DNA of 64,000 nt from Candidatus Saccharimonadales bacterium (GTDB lineage: Bacteria; Patescibacteriota; Saccharimonadia; Saccharimonadales; UBA10212). Shown here piece by piece: positions 26,371-35,833 of the stretch. Location of the stretch: contig DASTHW010000016.1 of assembly GCA_035717985.1 (NCBI GenBank), forward strand, positions 1,859 through 65,858, written 5' to 3'. The notes under the pieces are model-generated. The model was given only the letters and a program-made list of their open reading frames with translations, had not been told where the DNA came from and made no database searches. The position numbers and the translations under genes are program-made. The first letter of the stretch is position 1, and every line of letters starts with the position of its first letter.

Positions 26371-27876
26371 TTACTGAGCGCCGTTCTTGGGTAGGTCGGT
26401 GCCGGCGCGCATGTCGACCCGCTCCAGCGTGACTCCAGATGAATTGGGCACGGCTGTAAATGTAATCATCTGTTGATAATTGGCGCTAAAGAAGGCAGGA
26501 CCGCTATAGACGCTAGGAGTTACCATTTGCGGATTAGCATAATCATAGTCGAAGACAAAAACCGAGGTGCCGCTCTGGCCTATCCAGCGGTCGCCGTCCA
26601 TCCAGCTCACCTGGCCACCACTTAAAGGTTGTTTGACTGTGTAGCGGTAGGCCTGTTTGGCTTCAAAATCGTAGACGGCAAAAGTTTGGGCGGCCTCTAT
26701 GCCAATAAAGCGGGCATTGTTAGAGAAGCTAGCTTGCGTGGCCCCTAAATCATCAAAGCCTAAAACAGGTATAGCTTTGCCGATTTTAGGATTAGCGATA
26801 TCACTCAAAGGGTCCTCGTAGATGTTAATTCGGGAGGTGTCACTGCCGGCCACGTAGTACCAGTGGCCGGAATACTGGGCGGCGTTAATTAAGTAATGAG
26901 TGCCGGCTTTAAAGGTATAAAGCGGGTAAGTCTGGCCATTATTCCATATGCGCGCCTGGACCTGGCCTGATGGCATATTTTCGTCGGTGACATAGGTCAT
27001 TAAGCTGTCCCCGTAGGGCTTAAAAGCCAGCACGTGCTTTAAAAAGGCGGGGGCTAAGACATTTTGAGTGGTGTCAGCTACCTGCAGAGTCTGGGCCGAG
27101 CCATCATACAAATACAGCTGGTCAACACTTTTATTGCGCAGGGCCACCTGGGTGGGATTAATCTTGAAAAGTTTATTGATATTAAAGGACTTAGTTGGAT
27201 CCGTCCGGTCAAAAACAATAAACTCCTGACCGCCGGCGTAGTCATGTTCTAAAAGAAGGTGCTTATTGTCGCTGGACCATTCAACGACCTTTAGGGTCGA
27301 CGCTGACGAATCGGCGTCAGTTAATAAGTCGGCCGGCAAGTTTAGAACCAGCGGCTGGGCCGCTAAATTGCTGGTATCAAACTCATCGAACGACACGGTG
27401 GCGCTAGTGGAGGCGGGCTGTTCAACGATCAGCCAATGGTAATCAGGCGTTTGGGTTACCAGTGCCGGCAAGCTGTCATAGTCTTTCAGATCAAAAGTCC
27501 GCGGCTGGGTGGGGAACAAAAAAGGATAATCATAACGCTCAATGGCGTGAGCATTGAGTATAAAAGACCTTTGCCAACTGCGGTAGCCAGCTTTCTTCAG
27601 CGTTAGCGTATATTTTTTAGCCGGAAGGACAAAACGGGCACTGGTAGTAGAGCTTTGCAGTTTGCCATTTAGGTAAATTTGGGCGCCGCCTGGCTGAGAC
27701 CCGACAAACAATAAACCATTTTCGATAATCTGACCGGTCTTGGTATTTATACCGTAACCATAAGCGCCGTAGACCAAAATCAGCGTAGCCAGCACTAGCA
27801 CACAGCCCGTCAAAAAATAACCCACCATCAGGCGGATTTTATAGGCTCTTTGTTTTCTGGGGTCTAAATAATCCAT
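26371..27876 (-). CDS. PEGA domain-containing surface protein
   Basis: An N-terminal TM segment, then a PEGA-like segment (GGAQIYLNGKLQ ... YTLTLKKAGYRSWQRSF), then a large beta-rich C-terminal region. Confidence 0.7.
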   Translation of the reverse strand: MDYLDPRKQRAYKIRLMVGYFLTGCVLVLATLILVYGAYGYGINTKTGQIIENGLLFVGSQPGGAQIYLNGKLQSSTTSARFVLPAKKYTLTLKKAGYRSWQRSFILNAHAIERYDYPFLFPTQPRTFDLKDYDSLPALVTQTPDYHWLIVEQPASTSATVSFDEFDTSNLAAQPLVLNLPADLLTDADSSASTLKVVEWSSDNKHLLLEHDYAGGQEFIVFDRTDPTKSFNINKLFKINPTQVALRNKSVDQLYLYDGSAQTLQVADTTQNVLAPAFLKHVLAFKPYGDSLMTYVTDENMPSGQVQARIWNNGQTYPLYTFKAGTHYLINAAQYSGHWYYVAGSDTSRINIYEDPLSDIANPKIGKAIPVLGFDDLGATQASFSNNARFIGIEAAQTFAVYDFEAKQAYRYTVKQPLSGGQVSWMDGDRWIGQSGTSVFVFDYDYANPQMVTPSVYSGPAFFSANYQQMITFTAVPNSSGVTLERVDMRAGTDLPKNGAQ

Positions 27877-28060
27877 GAGCTAAAAAGGTTATGATTTAAG
27901 CCGAACGAACTATTAATGTGTTCGAGTTGTTAGCGGCGGCCGCCTTTAATTGTCGCATAAAGAAAAGTGAACAGCAAAATGAGTCATAAGCCTATTGCTA
28001 GGCGGGGTCGGGGAGGTGTAATATTAGCTTTAGCAAAAGTTAAAAGGGACGTAGCCAACT

Positions 28061-29104
28061 TTGAGTAGAACGAGCAGTATAGTCGAAGTCAACGGTAACC
28101 GCTATGACGCTTTTACCGGCCAACTGCTAAACTCACCTAGGGCTATCAAATCAGCCGTCAGTTCATCGGGAAGAAAGATGATTGACGGCTTTGTTATAGG
28201 GCCGCACCAAAAGACGCCTGCCCGAGCCGGCCGGCCGGCCACTAAAGCCTCCAGCCTGCACCAAGCCCCGCAGAAAACCCGTACACTGATGCGCCAGGCC
28301 GTAAAAAAGCCGCTTAAAACGACGATTGATTCGACTAAACAGCTGAAATCGCCGATTAAAACTGATCCAGCCCGTGAACTGAGAGCCAAGACCGTAGGCC
28401 TGCACTCTAAGGTTAATCGGTTTGGCTTAATGCCAAATGCCGTGAAGCCTCAGCCGCTAAAAATGGTCGCTAAGGTTGTGGCCCGGCCGCGCTCGGATCA
28501 CGCAGTAGCACCCGCCCGCGTCCCCAGCATGGTCACAAGTGCCTCGCATCAGCACTTAGAAAGACTACTGGATGAGGCTTTAGTACAAGCTGACGCTCAT
28601 AAACATATCTTGAAATCATCCGGCCGGACCCGCCGGCTAAAGCGGACTCATAAATGGCTGATTTTAGGATTAGTCAGCCTGGCTATAATTGTGGTGGCCG
28701 CCATTTTAGTATGGGAGAATCTGCCCAGTGTAGCAATGCGGGTAGCCGACCTAAGAGCCCATGTAGCGGCCAGCGTGCCGGCTTACACGCCGCCTGACTA
28801 CAGCTTTGCCGGACCGGTCAGTTACCACGGCGGCGCTGTAACTATGATTTATAAAAATAAGGTTAACTCCGGACTAAAATTTTCACTAACTCAGCAATCG
28901 TCTAGCTGGGACAGCCGGTCACTGGAGGCCAATTATCTGCCACCGAACACGTCTGTGCAGACATCACAGGTTAACGGCACCACGGTTTATATCTACGGTA
29001 GCGCAGGTAACGCCGCCTGGGTAAATAACGGCGTATTTTATAGTCTGAAAAATCGCGCCCATTTGACCTCGGATCAAGTCCTAAAAATCGTCCAAAGCCT
29101 TTAG
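28061..29104 (+). CDS. hypothetical single-pass membrane protein (basic N-terminal region, extracytoplasmic C-terminal domain)
   Basis: 347 aa with the TM segment WLILGLVSLAIIVVAAILVW. The C-terminal roughly 130 aa resemble DUF4367-type domains. The TTG start is uncertain. Confidence 0.45.
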   Translation: MSRTSSIVEVNGNRYDAFTGQLLNSPRAIKSAVSSSGRKMIDGFVIGPHQKTPARAGRPATKASSLHQAPQKTRTLMRQAVKKPLKTTIDSTKQLKSPIKTDPARELRAKTVGLHSKVNRFGLMPNAVKPQPLKMVAKVVARPRSDHAVAPARVPSMVTSASHQHLERLLDEALVQADAHKHILKSSGRTRRLKRTHKWLILGLVSLAIIVVAAILVWENLPSVAMRVADLRAHVAASVPAYTPPDYSFAGPVSYHGGAVTMIYKNKVNSGLKFSLTQQSSSWDSRSLEANYLPPNTSVQTSQVNGTTVYIYGSAGNAAWVNNGVFYSLKNRAHLTSDQVLKIVQSL

Positions 29105-29168
29105 GCGCTCTCAAGCAAGCTAATTTTCTCTTTTCAGGTATACGCCTTTAGCCTTAGACTATGGTGGT

Positions 29169-30635
29169 ATGAGCAGTTCTGAAAAACCAGTTAGGACGCG
29201 GTTTGCGCCCAGCCCAACCGGCTTTTTACACGTTGGCGGTATCCGCACGGCGCTTTTTGGCTGGCTGGTCGCTCACCAGGCCGGTGGCCAGTTTATTCTG
29301 CGGCTAGAAGACACCGACAAGGCCCGCGAGGTAGCCGGCGCTGACGAACATATTATCAAGAGCTTGCGCGCCCTAGGGCTAGACTACGACGAGGGCCCAG
29401 ACAAAGGCGGACCTTACGCGCCCTACCGGCAAAGCCAGCGGCTAGATAGTTATAAGGCATGGGCCCAAAAACTTATTGACGCCGGCCGAGCCTACGGCGA
29501 CCCGCTTAGCCCAGCCGAGGTTCAAGCCCTACGCGATCGGGCTCGTGCCGCTAAAAAACCTTTCCTATATAGAGATTATCGGCCAGCCAACCCGCCAGCC
29601 TGGGACGGCGCTCGTCCGCTCCGCTTTAAATCCGAGCCCAAGGCCTACAAATGGCACGACGAGGTAATGGGAGATTTATCTACCGGGCCAGAAGTAATTG
29701 ATGATTTTATTTTGATTAAATCTGACGGTTACCCAACTTATAATTTTGCTCACATTGTTGACGATGCCGAGATGAAAATTAGTCACGTCATCCGCGGTCA
29801 GGAATTTCTAGCCAGCGTACCAAACTACTTGAATTTATATGAAGCCTTGGGCTTAGAGCGCCCGCGTTTAGCCACCATGCCGCATATCCTAGGCCCAGAC
29901 GGTAACAAAAAGTTATCAAAGCGTGACGGCGCCAAAGACGTATTGGACTATATCCGCGACGGCTACTTGCCGGACGCACTGGTGAACTTTATCGCCAGCT
30001 TGGGCTGGAACGACGGCAGTGAACAAGAGATTTTTAGCCGGGAAGAATTAATCAAAAAATTCAGTCTTAGCCATGTCCAAAAAAGCGGTGCCCGCTTCGA
30101 TGAGCGGCGGCTGGAGTGGATGAACGGCCACTACATACGCCAGATGGGAGTAGAGCAGTTGTCTGATCTGCTTAATAAATCGCCGAACGATTACTGGGGC
30201 AAAGGTAAGTCGGCTGAGCCAACCTATAAAAAAGCCGTACTAGCTCAAGTTATCGATAGATTAAAATATTTGTCCGAACTGCCCCAGCTGACAGGCTTCT
30301 TCTTCACCAAGCCATCCAACCAAAGCGTCCGCCAGTTATATGAGGCGCCCGAAGACAGGTTGTTGAAGGACATGCCGAAAGGGCAAATGGGTAGCTTGCT
30401 AAAAGCCGCCAGCCAGAAACTCCACACCTCCCAGTTCGACCCTGATAACCTGCAAGCCTGCTTAAACAGTCTCCTAGAAGAGTTAGAGACTAAGCCGGGA
30501 GTACTCTTTCCAATTATCCGCATTGCCCTAAGCGGTGCGCAGTCAACGCCCAGCTTGCCGGGCGTGCTTAGCGTGCTTGGTAAGAGCGAATCTCTAGCCA
30601 GAATGGCTTCAGCCGAAAAAATCCTGGAGTCTTAA
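29169..30635 (+). CDS. gltX: glutamate--tRNA ligase
   Basis: RFAPSPTGFLHVGG (HIGH motif) and KLSKR (KMSKS motif). Confidence 0.95.
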   Translation: MSSSEKPVRTRFAPSPTGFLHVGGIRTALFGWLVAHQAGGQFILRLEDTDKAREVAGADEHIIKSLRALGLDYDEGPDKGGPYAPYRQSQRLDSYKAWAQKLIDAGRAYGDPLSPAEVQALRDRARAAKKPFLYRDYRPANPPAWDGARPLRFKSEPKAYKWHDEVMGDLSTGPEVIDDFILIKSDGYPTYNFAHIVDDAEMKISHVIRGQEFLASVPNYLNLYEALGLERPRLATMPHILGPDGNKKLSKRDGAKDVLDYIRDGYLPDALVNFIASLGWNDGSEQEIFSREELIKKFSLSHVQKSGARFDERRLEWMNGHYIRQMGVEQLSDLLNKSPNDYWGKGKSAEPTYKKAVLAQVIDRLKYLSELPQLTGFFFTKPSNQSVRQLYEAPEDRLLKDMPKGQMGSLLKAASQKLHTSQFDPDNLQACLNSLLEELETKPGVLFPIIRIALSGAQSTPSLPGVLSVLGKSESLARMASAEKILES

Positions 30636-30643
30636 AGCACTCC

Positions 30644-32458
30644 ATGGATTACCTGCACGCCCTGCTTAACTTGCCAGCAGTGGCAGGGCCAGCCGTATCG
30701 CCCAATCGCCGCTGGGTAGCTTGGACTTGGCTAAATGTCGGCCCTACGGCCGACGTCTATCTATCACCCTGCGACGGCTCGGCGCCGCCAAGTCGGCTCA
30801 CTAATACCGGCGAAAATACCTGGATAAATTCTTGGCTGGCTGACAGTTCCGGGCTGGTTATTTCTCATGATCATAACGGCAATGAAAAAGACCAGCTTTT
30901 TTTGCTCAGGCTAGATGAGCCGGAAAAGCTAAAACCGCTAACTGAGAAAAACCCGCCTTATTACATCCGCGGAGGCAAACTTCACCCCCACGAGCCTTGG
31001 CTGTTTTATTCGGCTAACTATGATTTTAAAAGTAAGCGCCTGCTGGAGCCGGCTTGGCTTTATCGTCATAATGTACAGACCGGTGAAAAAAAGGTCCTAG
31101 CAAGGCCTAAAAAGCCAGGCGCCTACGCCCCAAAGTTAAACATCCAGGGCAGTTATATACTTTATCCGCGCAGTGACCGCGATCCGGCCGGCGAGCAAAT
31201 CTGGCTCGTCGATATTGACGGCCGGCAAGACCGAGAAATAATCAATCTAGGCGACAAGACCAAGGTTAGAGCCAGCTGGTGCCCAGACGGCCAAACGGCC
31301 GTAGTGGTGGCTGAGGCCGAGAACTACCGCCGGCTGGGGTTATGGTCTTTAAAAACCGACCGGCTGGAGTGGCTGATTGATGACCCAGACAGAAACATTG
31401 AATACGCCTACATGCCGCTTGGTGCCGAGCAAATAGTAGTTGAGGAGATTAAGCAGGCACGCTCCATATTTAGTTTGTTGAATCCAAGGACCTTAGAAGA
31501 AACGCCTTTTTTAAATGCTGGTGGTGGCACTTTTACGCCACTAGCGCCGCTGGCGGACGGGCGCTGGCTAGGTATAAGCTATAGCTCGACTCAGCCGCGC
31601 GATTTAGTGGTTAGCGCGCCGGGCCAATTGGTTAGCCTAACTAATGTTTTGGCTAAGGCGGGGATCAGCAAAGACCAGCTAGTACCGGCTGAGGATTTTT
31701 GGTGGCAATCGGCCGACGGCCGTAAAATCCAAGGCTGGCTCTACCGCACGCCATATCAGCCAAAAGGCACAATAATCTGCGCCCACGGCGGGCCGTCGGC
31801 CCACAGCGAAGACGCCTTAGACCCAGAAACCCAATACTACCTGTCGGTCGGTTTTAACGTGCTGGACCCAAATTATCGGGGAAGCACCGGTTTCGATCTA
31901 GATTTTCAGGAGGCAATTAAAAAAGACGGCTGGGGCGGGGCAGAGCAGGAGGATATTGCCAGCGGTATCAGGGCGTTGATAGACGCCGGTATTGCCAAGG
32001 CCGGCAAGGTGGGCATTACCGGAACCTCTTACGGCGGCTACTCGGCTTGGCACGCTATAACTCATTTTCCGCTGGATATAATCTCGGCCGCGGCCCCGGT
32101 TTGCGGCATGACCGATTTAATCATCGATTATGAGACTACCCGCCCGGATCTTAGGCCCTATTCTGAAGAAATGATGGGCGGCAAGCCGGTAGACCTACCG
32201 GAAAAATATAAACAGCGCTCGCCGATTAACTTTGTCAGTAATATCAAAGGTCAGTTGATGATTGTTCAGGGTTTAAATGACCCGAATGTAACCCCGGCTA
32301 ACGTCAAAGAAGTTGAGACCGCCCTAAAAGCCGGCGGTATAAAATATCAAAAACTGCTGTTTAAAGACGAAGGTCACGGAATAGCCAAGCCAAAAAATAA
32401 ATTAACCCTATATAAAAAACTGGCAGAATTTTTCGAACAGGCCTTTGCCGGTGAATAA
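30644..32458 (+). CDS. S9 family serine peptidase (prolyl oligopeptidase / dipeptidyl aminopeptidase type)
   Basis: An N-terminal beta-propeller-like region, then a C-terminal hydrolase with the nucleophile motif GTSYGGY, and later NDPNV and DEGHG. Confidence 0.85.
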   Translation: MDYLHALLNLPAVAGPAVSPNRRWVAWTWLNVGPTADVYLSPCDGSAPPSRLTNTGENTWINSWLADSSGLVISHDHNGNEKDQLFLLRLDEPEKLKPLTEKNPPYYIRGGKLHPHEPWLFYSANYDFKSKRLLEPAWLYRHNVQTGEKKVLARPKKPGAYAPKLNIQGSYILYPRSDRDPAGEQIWLVDIDGRQDREIINLGDKTKVRASWCPDGQTAVVVAEAENYRRLGLWSLKTDRLEWLIDDPDRNIEYAYMPLGAEQIVVEEIKQARSIFSLLNPRTLEETPFLNAGGGTFTPLAPLADGRWLGISYSSTQPRDLVVSAPGQLVSLTNVLAKAGISKDQLVPAEDFWWQSADGRKIQGWLYRTPYQPKGTIICAHGGPSAHSEDALDPETQYYLSVGFNVLDPNYRGSTGFDLDFQEAIKKDGWGGAEQEDIASGIRALIDAGIAKAGKVGITGTSYGGYSAWHAITHFPLDIISAAAPVCGMTDLIIDYETTRPDLRPYSEEMMGGKPVDLPEKYKQRSPINFVSNIKGQLMIVQGLNDPNVTPANVKEVETALKAGGIKYQKLLFKDEGHGIAKPKNKLTLYKKLAEFFEQAFAGE

Positions 32459-32497
32459 AAACCGTTAAACGCTAGAGCTTTGCTATAATTCATCTGA

Positions 32498-33763
32498 ATG
32501 ATAGATGATATCCGGCCGCCCCGGCCGCCAAAACCAAAAGAGCCAAATCTGCCCCCGCCGCCTCCTCCGGTTGCCCCGGCCGCACCGTCGGCGCCAGACC
32601 CCAGCTTACCGGAACCGGAAGCCACTATAGATTTACCCGCTGAGGGCGAGCCGGCTAAAAAACGCGGTTTAGGCAGGGTCCGCCATCACTGGTATAATTT
32701 CAGCCGGCTGGAAAAAATTTCGGCTCTAGTGGGCCTTTTGATTATTTTGGCCGGCATTGGCTTGTCCAGCTATCTACTATTTATCCGCAAATCGCCCCAG
32801 CCGATTACCTATACTTATATTAAAAAGGTGAAACCGGCACCCAAGCCGGTCACTACACCATCGCCCTTAACTGGCCTGCCGGTTGATCCAGCTCTAGCTA
32901 AGCGGCCGGTAACCGGAGTCATGATAGAAAATACGCCGCCCGCCCGGCCGCAGTCCGGTCTACAGGACGCCGGCGTAGTCTTTGAAGCCATCGCCGAGGC
33001 CGGTATTACCCGCTTTTTGGCACTGTTTCAGGATACTCAGCCCCAATACGTAGGCCCTGTTAGAAGCCTCAGGCCGTACTATATTGATTTTGCCACACCG
33101 TTTGACGCCAGTATCGCCCACGTCGGCGGTAGCCCTGACGCGCTGAGTCAGATCCGCTCTGGCGGCAAAGATTTGGACCAGTTCTTTAATGCCGGCGCGT
33201 ATTGGCGTATTTCGTCGCGGGCGGCACCGCATAATGTCTACACCAGCTTCGCTAAGCTAGACGCTCTTAATGCCGCCAAAGGCTACACCAGCTCGCAGGT
33301 GCAAAGCTGGCCCCGCAAAGCCGACGCCCCTCTAAAGACACCGACCGCCAAATCCATCAATTTCAACCCCTCCTGGGACGACTACAAGGTTCATTATGAT
33401 TACGATAAAGCCTCCAACTCTTATTTGCGTAGTGAGGGCGGGGCGCCGCATAAAGACCTGGTCAGCGCCAGCGATACCACCGGTGTTCAACTACATCCAA
33501 AGGTGGTTATCGCCCTGGTTATTGGCCTGTCTAACGGTGCTCTTGACGCCTCCGGCGCCTACTATTCCGACTACCAAGACACCGGTTCCGGTACAGCCTA
33601 TGTCTTTCAAGACGGCGGCGTGATAGAGGGTAGTTGGAGCAAGGCCGACCGGGCTAGCCAGTTCAGCTTTACCGATAGCACCGGCAAACCCATAAAATTA
33701 GACGCCGGCCAAACCTGGCTGACATTAGTCGGTCGGGCCAGCCAAGTCAGCTATTCACCTTAG
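32498..33763 (+). CDS. DUF3048 domain-containing protein (YerB-like), Pro-rich N-terminus and TM anchor
   Basis: PVTGVMIENTPPARPQSGLQDAGVVFEAIAEAGITRFLALF is characteristic of DUF3048. Confidence 0.7.
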   Translation: MIDDIRPPRPPKPKEPNLPPPPPPVAPAAPSAPDPSLPEPEATIDLPAEGEPAKKRGLGRVRHHWYNFSRLEKISALVGLLIILAGIGLSSYLLFIRKSPQPITYTYIKKVKPAPKPVTTPSPLTGLPVDPALAKRPVTGVMIENTPPARPQSGLQDAGVVFEAIAEAGITRFLALFQDTQPQYVGPVRSLRPYYIDFATPFDASIAHVGGSPDALSQIRSGGKDLDQFFNAGAYWRISSRAAPHNVYTSFAKLDALNAAKGYTSSQVQSWPRKADAPLKTPTAKSINFNPSWDDYKVHYDYDKASNSYLRSEGGAPHKDLVSASDTTGVQLHPKVVIALVIGLSNGALDASGAYYSDYQDTGSGTAYVFQDGGVIEGSWSKADRASQFSFTDSTGKPIKLDAGQTWLTLVGRASQVSYSP

Positions 33764-33818
33764 CATGGACTCCACACCTCTGTTCCTGATACAATTTTCT
33801 CTGTTCTTTGTGCGATGA

Positions 33819-33893
33819 GGCGCCATCGTCTAGCGGCTAGGACACCAGGTTCTCATCCTGGCAACCGGGGTTCGATTCCCCGTGGCGTCACCA
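33819..33893 (+). tRNA. tRNA-Glu (anticodon CTC), CCA encoded
   Basis: Hand fold: acceptor GGCGCCA/TGGCGTC, anticodon stem CCAGG/CCTGG, loop TTCTCAT, T-arm CGGGG-TTCGATT-CCCCG, ACCA. Confidence 0.9.
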
Positions 33894-33904
33894 AATATCA
33901 AATT

Positions 33905-34492
33905 ATGGTAAACACCAAAATACGCTATCTGCTTTTTAGCAATTATCTGAACCTGCTCGGCTTTTCGATATTCACACCGCTATTTGCTATTTTCGTTTTA
34001 AATTTAAGAAATGACCCGTCACTGGTGGGCCTAGCCTGGGGCGTCAATTTGTACGCCGCGGCACTAATGATTCTGCTGTTTGGAAAATATGAAGACCGCT
34101 GGCGCCATAAAGAACAGCTGGTGGTGATTGGTTTTTTCTTACTGGCCGCCGGCGGGGCCGCCTACTTATTAGTGCATAGCATTTGGCAGTTATTTGCCAT
34201 TCAGGCCTTTAATGCTATCGGTACCGGCGTTTTGACGCCGGCATGGCGGACAGTCTATGCCAAAAGCGAAGATAAGGGAAGGGAGACACTAGAGTGGTCT
34301 TTTGTCGACGGCGGTGCAAAATTTTTTAGTGCTACCGGTGCCGTAATTGGCGGGCTAATCTTAAAGTTTTATAGCTTTAGAGCCATCTTCATATTGATTT
34401 GTTTAATACAACTATTGGCGGGCATTGTCGCGCTAAGCCTGCTCAAAAATAAATCTAAAAGAGAGGCCGAAATCAACCTCTCTTTATCTTAA
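33905..34492 (+). CDS. MFS-like six-TM membrane protein
   Basis: Track ORF 33815..34492 overlaps tRNA-Glu, so I trimmed it to the ATG at 33905 (MVNTKIRYLLF...). It is hydrophobic with about six helices. The family call is weak. Confidence 0.5.
   Translation: MVNTKIRYLLFSNYLNLLGFSIFTPLFAIFVLNLRNDPSLVGLAWGVNLYAAALMILLFGKYEDRWRHKEQLVVIGFFLLAAGGAAYLLVHSIWQLFAIQAFNAIGTGVLTPAWRTVYAKSEDKGRETLEWSFVDGGAKFFSATGAVIGGLILKFYSFRAIFILICLIQLLAGIVALSLLKNKSKREAEINLSLS
34458..34485. terminator. bidirectional hairpin shared by the MFS-like gene and the minus-strand KGG operon
   Basis: aaagagagg, a 10-nt loop, cctctcttt. On the minus strand a U-rich run follows. Confidence 0.5.
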
Positions 34493-34502
34493 AATTCAGC
34501 CT

Positions 34503-34622
34503 CTACTGATTGTCAGAACTAGTTTTTTTTCGACCTCGCCGGCTGGCTCGGCCGCCCATGGCGGCTATTTCACTGCGGCGTTTTGGATCCATGGCCGCAA
34601 AACCTCTTTTACTGTTTGCCAT
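34503..34622 (-). CDS. small KGG-repeat stress-induced protein (39 aa)
   Basis: Below the track cutoff. My translation: MANSKRGFAAMDPKRRSEIAAMGGRASRRGRKKTSSDNQ. The pattern GFAxMDPxxxxEIAxxGG is typical of KGG/GsiB-type repeats. Confidence 0.55.
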   Translation of the reverse strand: MANSKRGFAAMDPKRRSEIAAMGGRASRRGRKKTSSDNQ

Positions 34623-34627
34623 ATAGC

Positions 34628-34765
34628 TTACTCCCTACTATTGCGCCGGCGCCGGCCACCACCACTGGCTTTACCGCCTTCGCGGGCGACCCTCTCTCTG
34701 GTTTCTCTATCTGCGTCTGCTAAACCCCGATTAGAGTTAGAATCTGAATCATCCCTGTTAGCCAT
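34628..34765 (-). CDS. small KGG-repeat stress-induced protein (45 aa)
   Basis: My translation: MANRDDSDSNSNRGLADADRETRERVAREGGKASGGGRRRRNSRE. A strong SD (aaggaggtg) precedes the ATG. Confidence 0.55.
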   Translation of the reverse strand: MANRDDSDSNSNRGLADADRETRERVAREGGKASGGGRRRRNSRE

Positions 34766-34789
34766 GATTCACCTCCTTCTTAATTTACT

Positions 34790-35005
34790 TTACCGATTGT
34801 TGGAACGGCGACCACCGTGACTGTTCTTGCCACCCTCTACCTTGGCTGAACGCGGCTGAGCCTCGGCGCCTTTTTTACCGGCCTCACTCGGGTCGGCGCC
34901 GCCGGGCTTTCCAAACTGGCCTGGGCTGTTTCTGCCGCCCTCGCGGGCCGCTTCTTCGGTGTCGTCCCGGTTACCAAACTGGCCTGGGTTATTGCTGTCT
35001 GCCAT
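34790..35005 (-). CDS. KGG-repeat general stress protein (71 aa)
   Basis: Repeated NPGQFG / SPGQFG and EAGKKG / AREGG motifs, with the SD aaggaggg. Confidence 0.7.
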   Translation of the reverse strand: MADSNNPGQFGNRDDTEEAAREGGRNSPGQFGKPGGADPSEAGKKGAEAQPRSAKVEGGKNSHGGRRSNNR

Positions 35006-35516
35006 AGTCCCTCCTTATTCATTAATGGCATTATCATGGTAAGTCTGATGGGGAGTGAATGGATATAAGTATATTCACCGTACTCATGTAACATTCCTCA
35101 CAGAGGTTAACTGGTAGGCGGCCAGCGCTATGACCAGCGGGCCAGCCAGCACATAAACCAGCCATTAATTCTAGTTGAAGAGCCGGCCCAGCTAGCCTAA
35201 AATTTGAATTAGCCATATGCGGGCTGGGGCTTTTAAAAAGCTACTTCCTCCGTATAGACTTATAAAACTTCAAGCTTTAATTTAAAGCTTTCACCGGTAG
35301 CTGAGGAGCTTTCTTCGGCAAGCCGTACTCTAGCACTAGCTAGCCTTTAGGTTAAAAGGGTAAACCGGGAACGGTGGTCTACTCAGACTAAACTAGCTAA
35401 CTCTTCTAAAAAAGCCGTTTACCCGCAAAAGATTTTTAATCCTCGGCGGGTTCGCCAGCATCAAGTTTTTAGATGATTGGCCCTCTTTTTATAACTTTAA
35501 ATCAAGGAGAACTGCT

Positions 35517-35816
35517 ATGGAAAACACAGTTGAAATTAATAAAGACGTCAGCGTGGCGGCCTACTATTTCCGCAGTGCCGGCGAGCGCCTGCGTTGCTTC
35601 CCTAAAAGAATCGAGTGGGAGGGCGGCCAAGTAAACTTCACCGAGACTGGCCTGCGTCACCCGACCAAAAAAGGCCAGCGGATGGTACATGTTTTCGACA
35701 TGACTGATGGCAAAGCCGATTATCGTCTGGAATTTGACGCCCAAGCGCTGACTTGGAAGCTAATAGCTATCAGCGATATGCACTACCCAGCGGGCGCCTC
35801 TTTGGCCACGGCCTAA
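35517..35816 (+). CDS. hypothetical 99-aa protein, upstream partner of dinB
   Basis: Has the SD aaggaga and ends 17 nt before the dinB ATG. No motif recognised. Confidence 0.5.
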   Translation: MENTVEINKDVSVAAYYFRSAGERLRCFPKRIEWEGGQVNFTETGLRHPTKKGQRMVHVFDMTDGKADYRLEFDAQALTWKLIAISDMHYPAGASLATA

Positions 35817-35833
35817 AAAGGACTCTAAAGCTT

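Noticed and set aside
32498-32640. GC-rich stretch at the 5' end of the DUF3048 gene.
   Set aside because: It is explained by a proline-rich coding segment (PRPPKPKEPNLPPPPPPVAPAAP), not by a compositional islet.
33815-33904. N-terminal 30 codons of track ORF 33815..34492.
   Set aside because: They overlap tRNA-Glu completely. The real start is the ATG at 33905.
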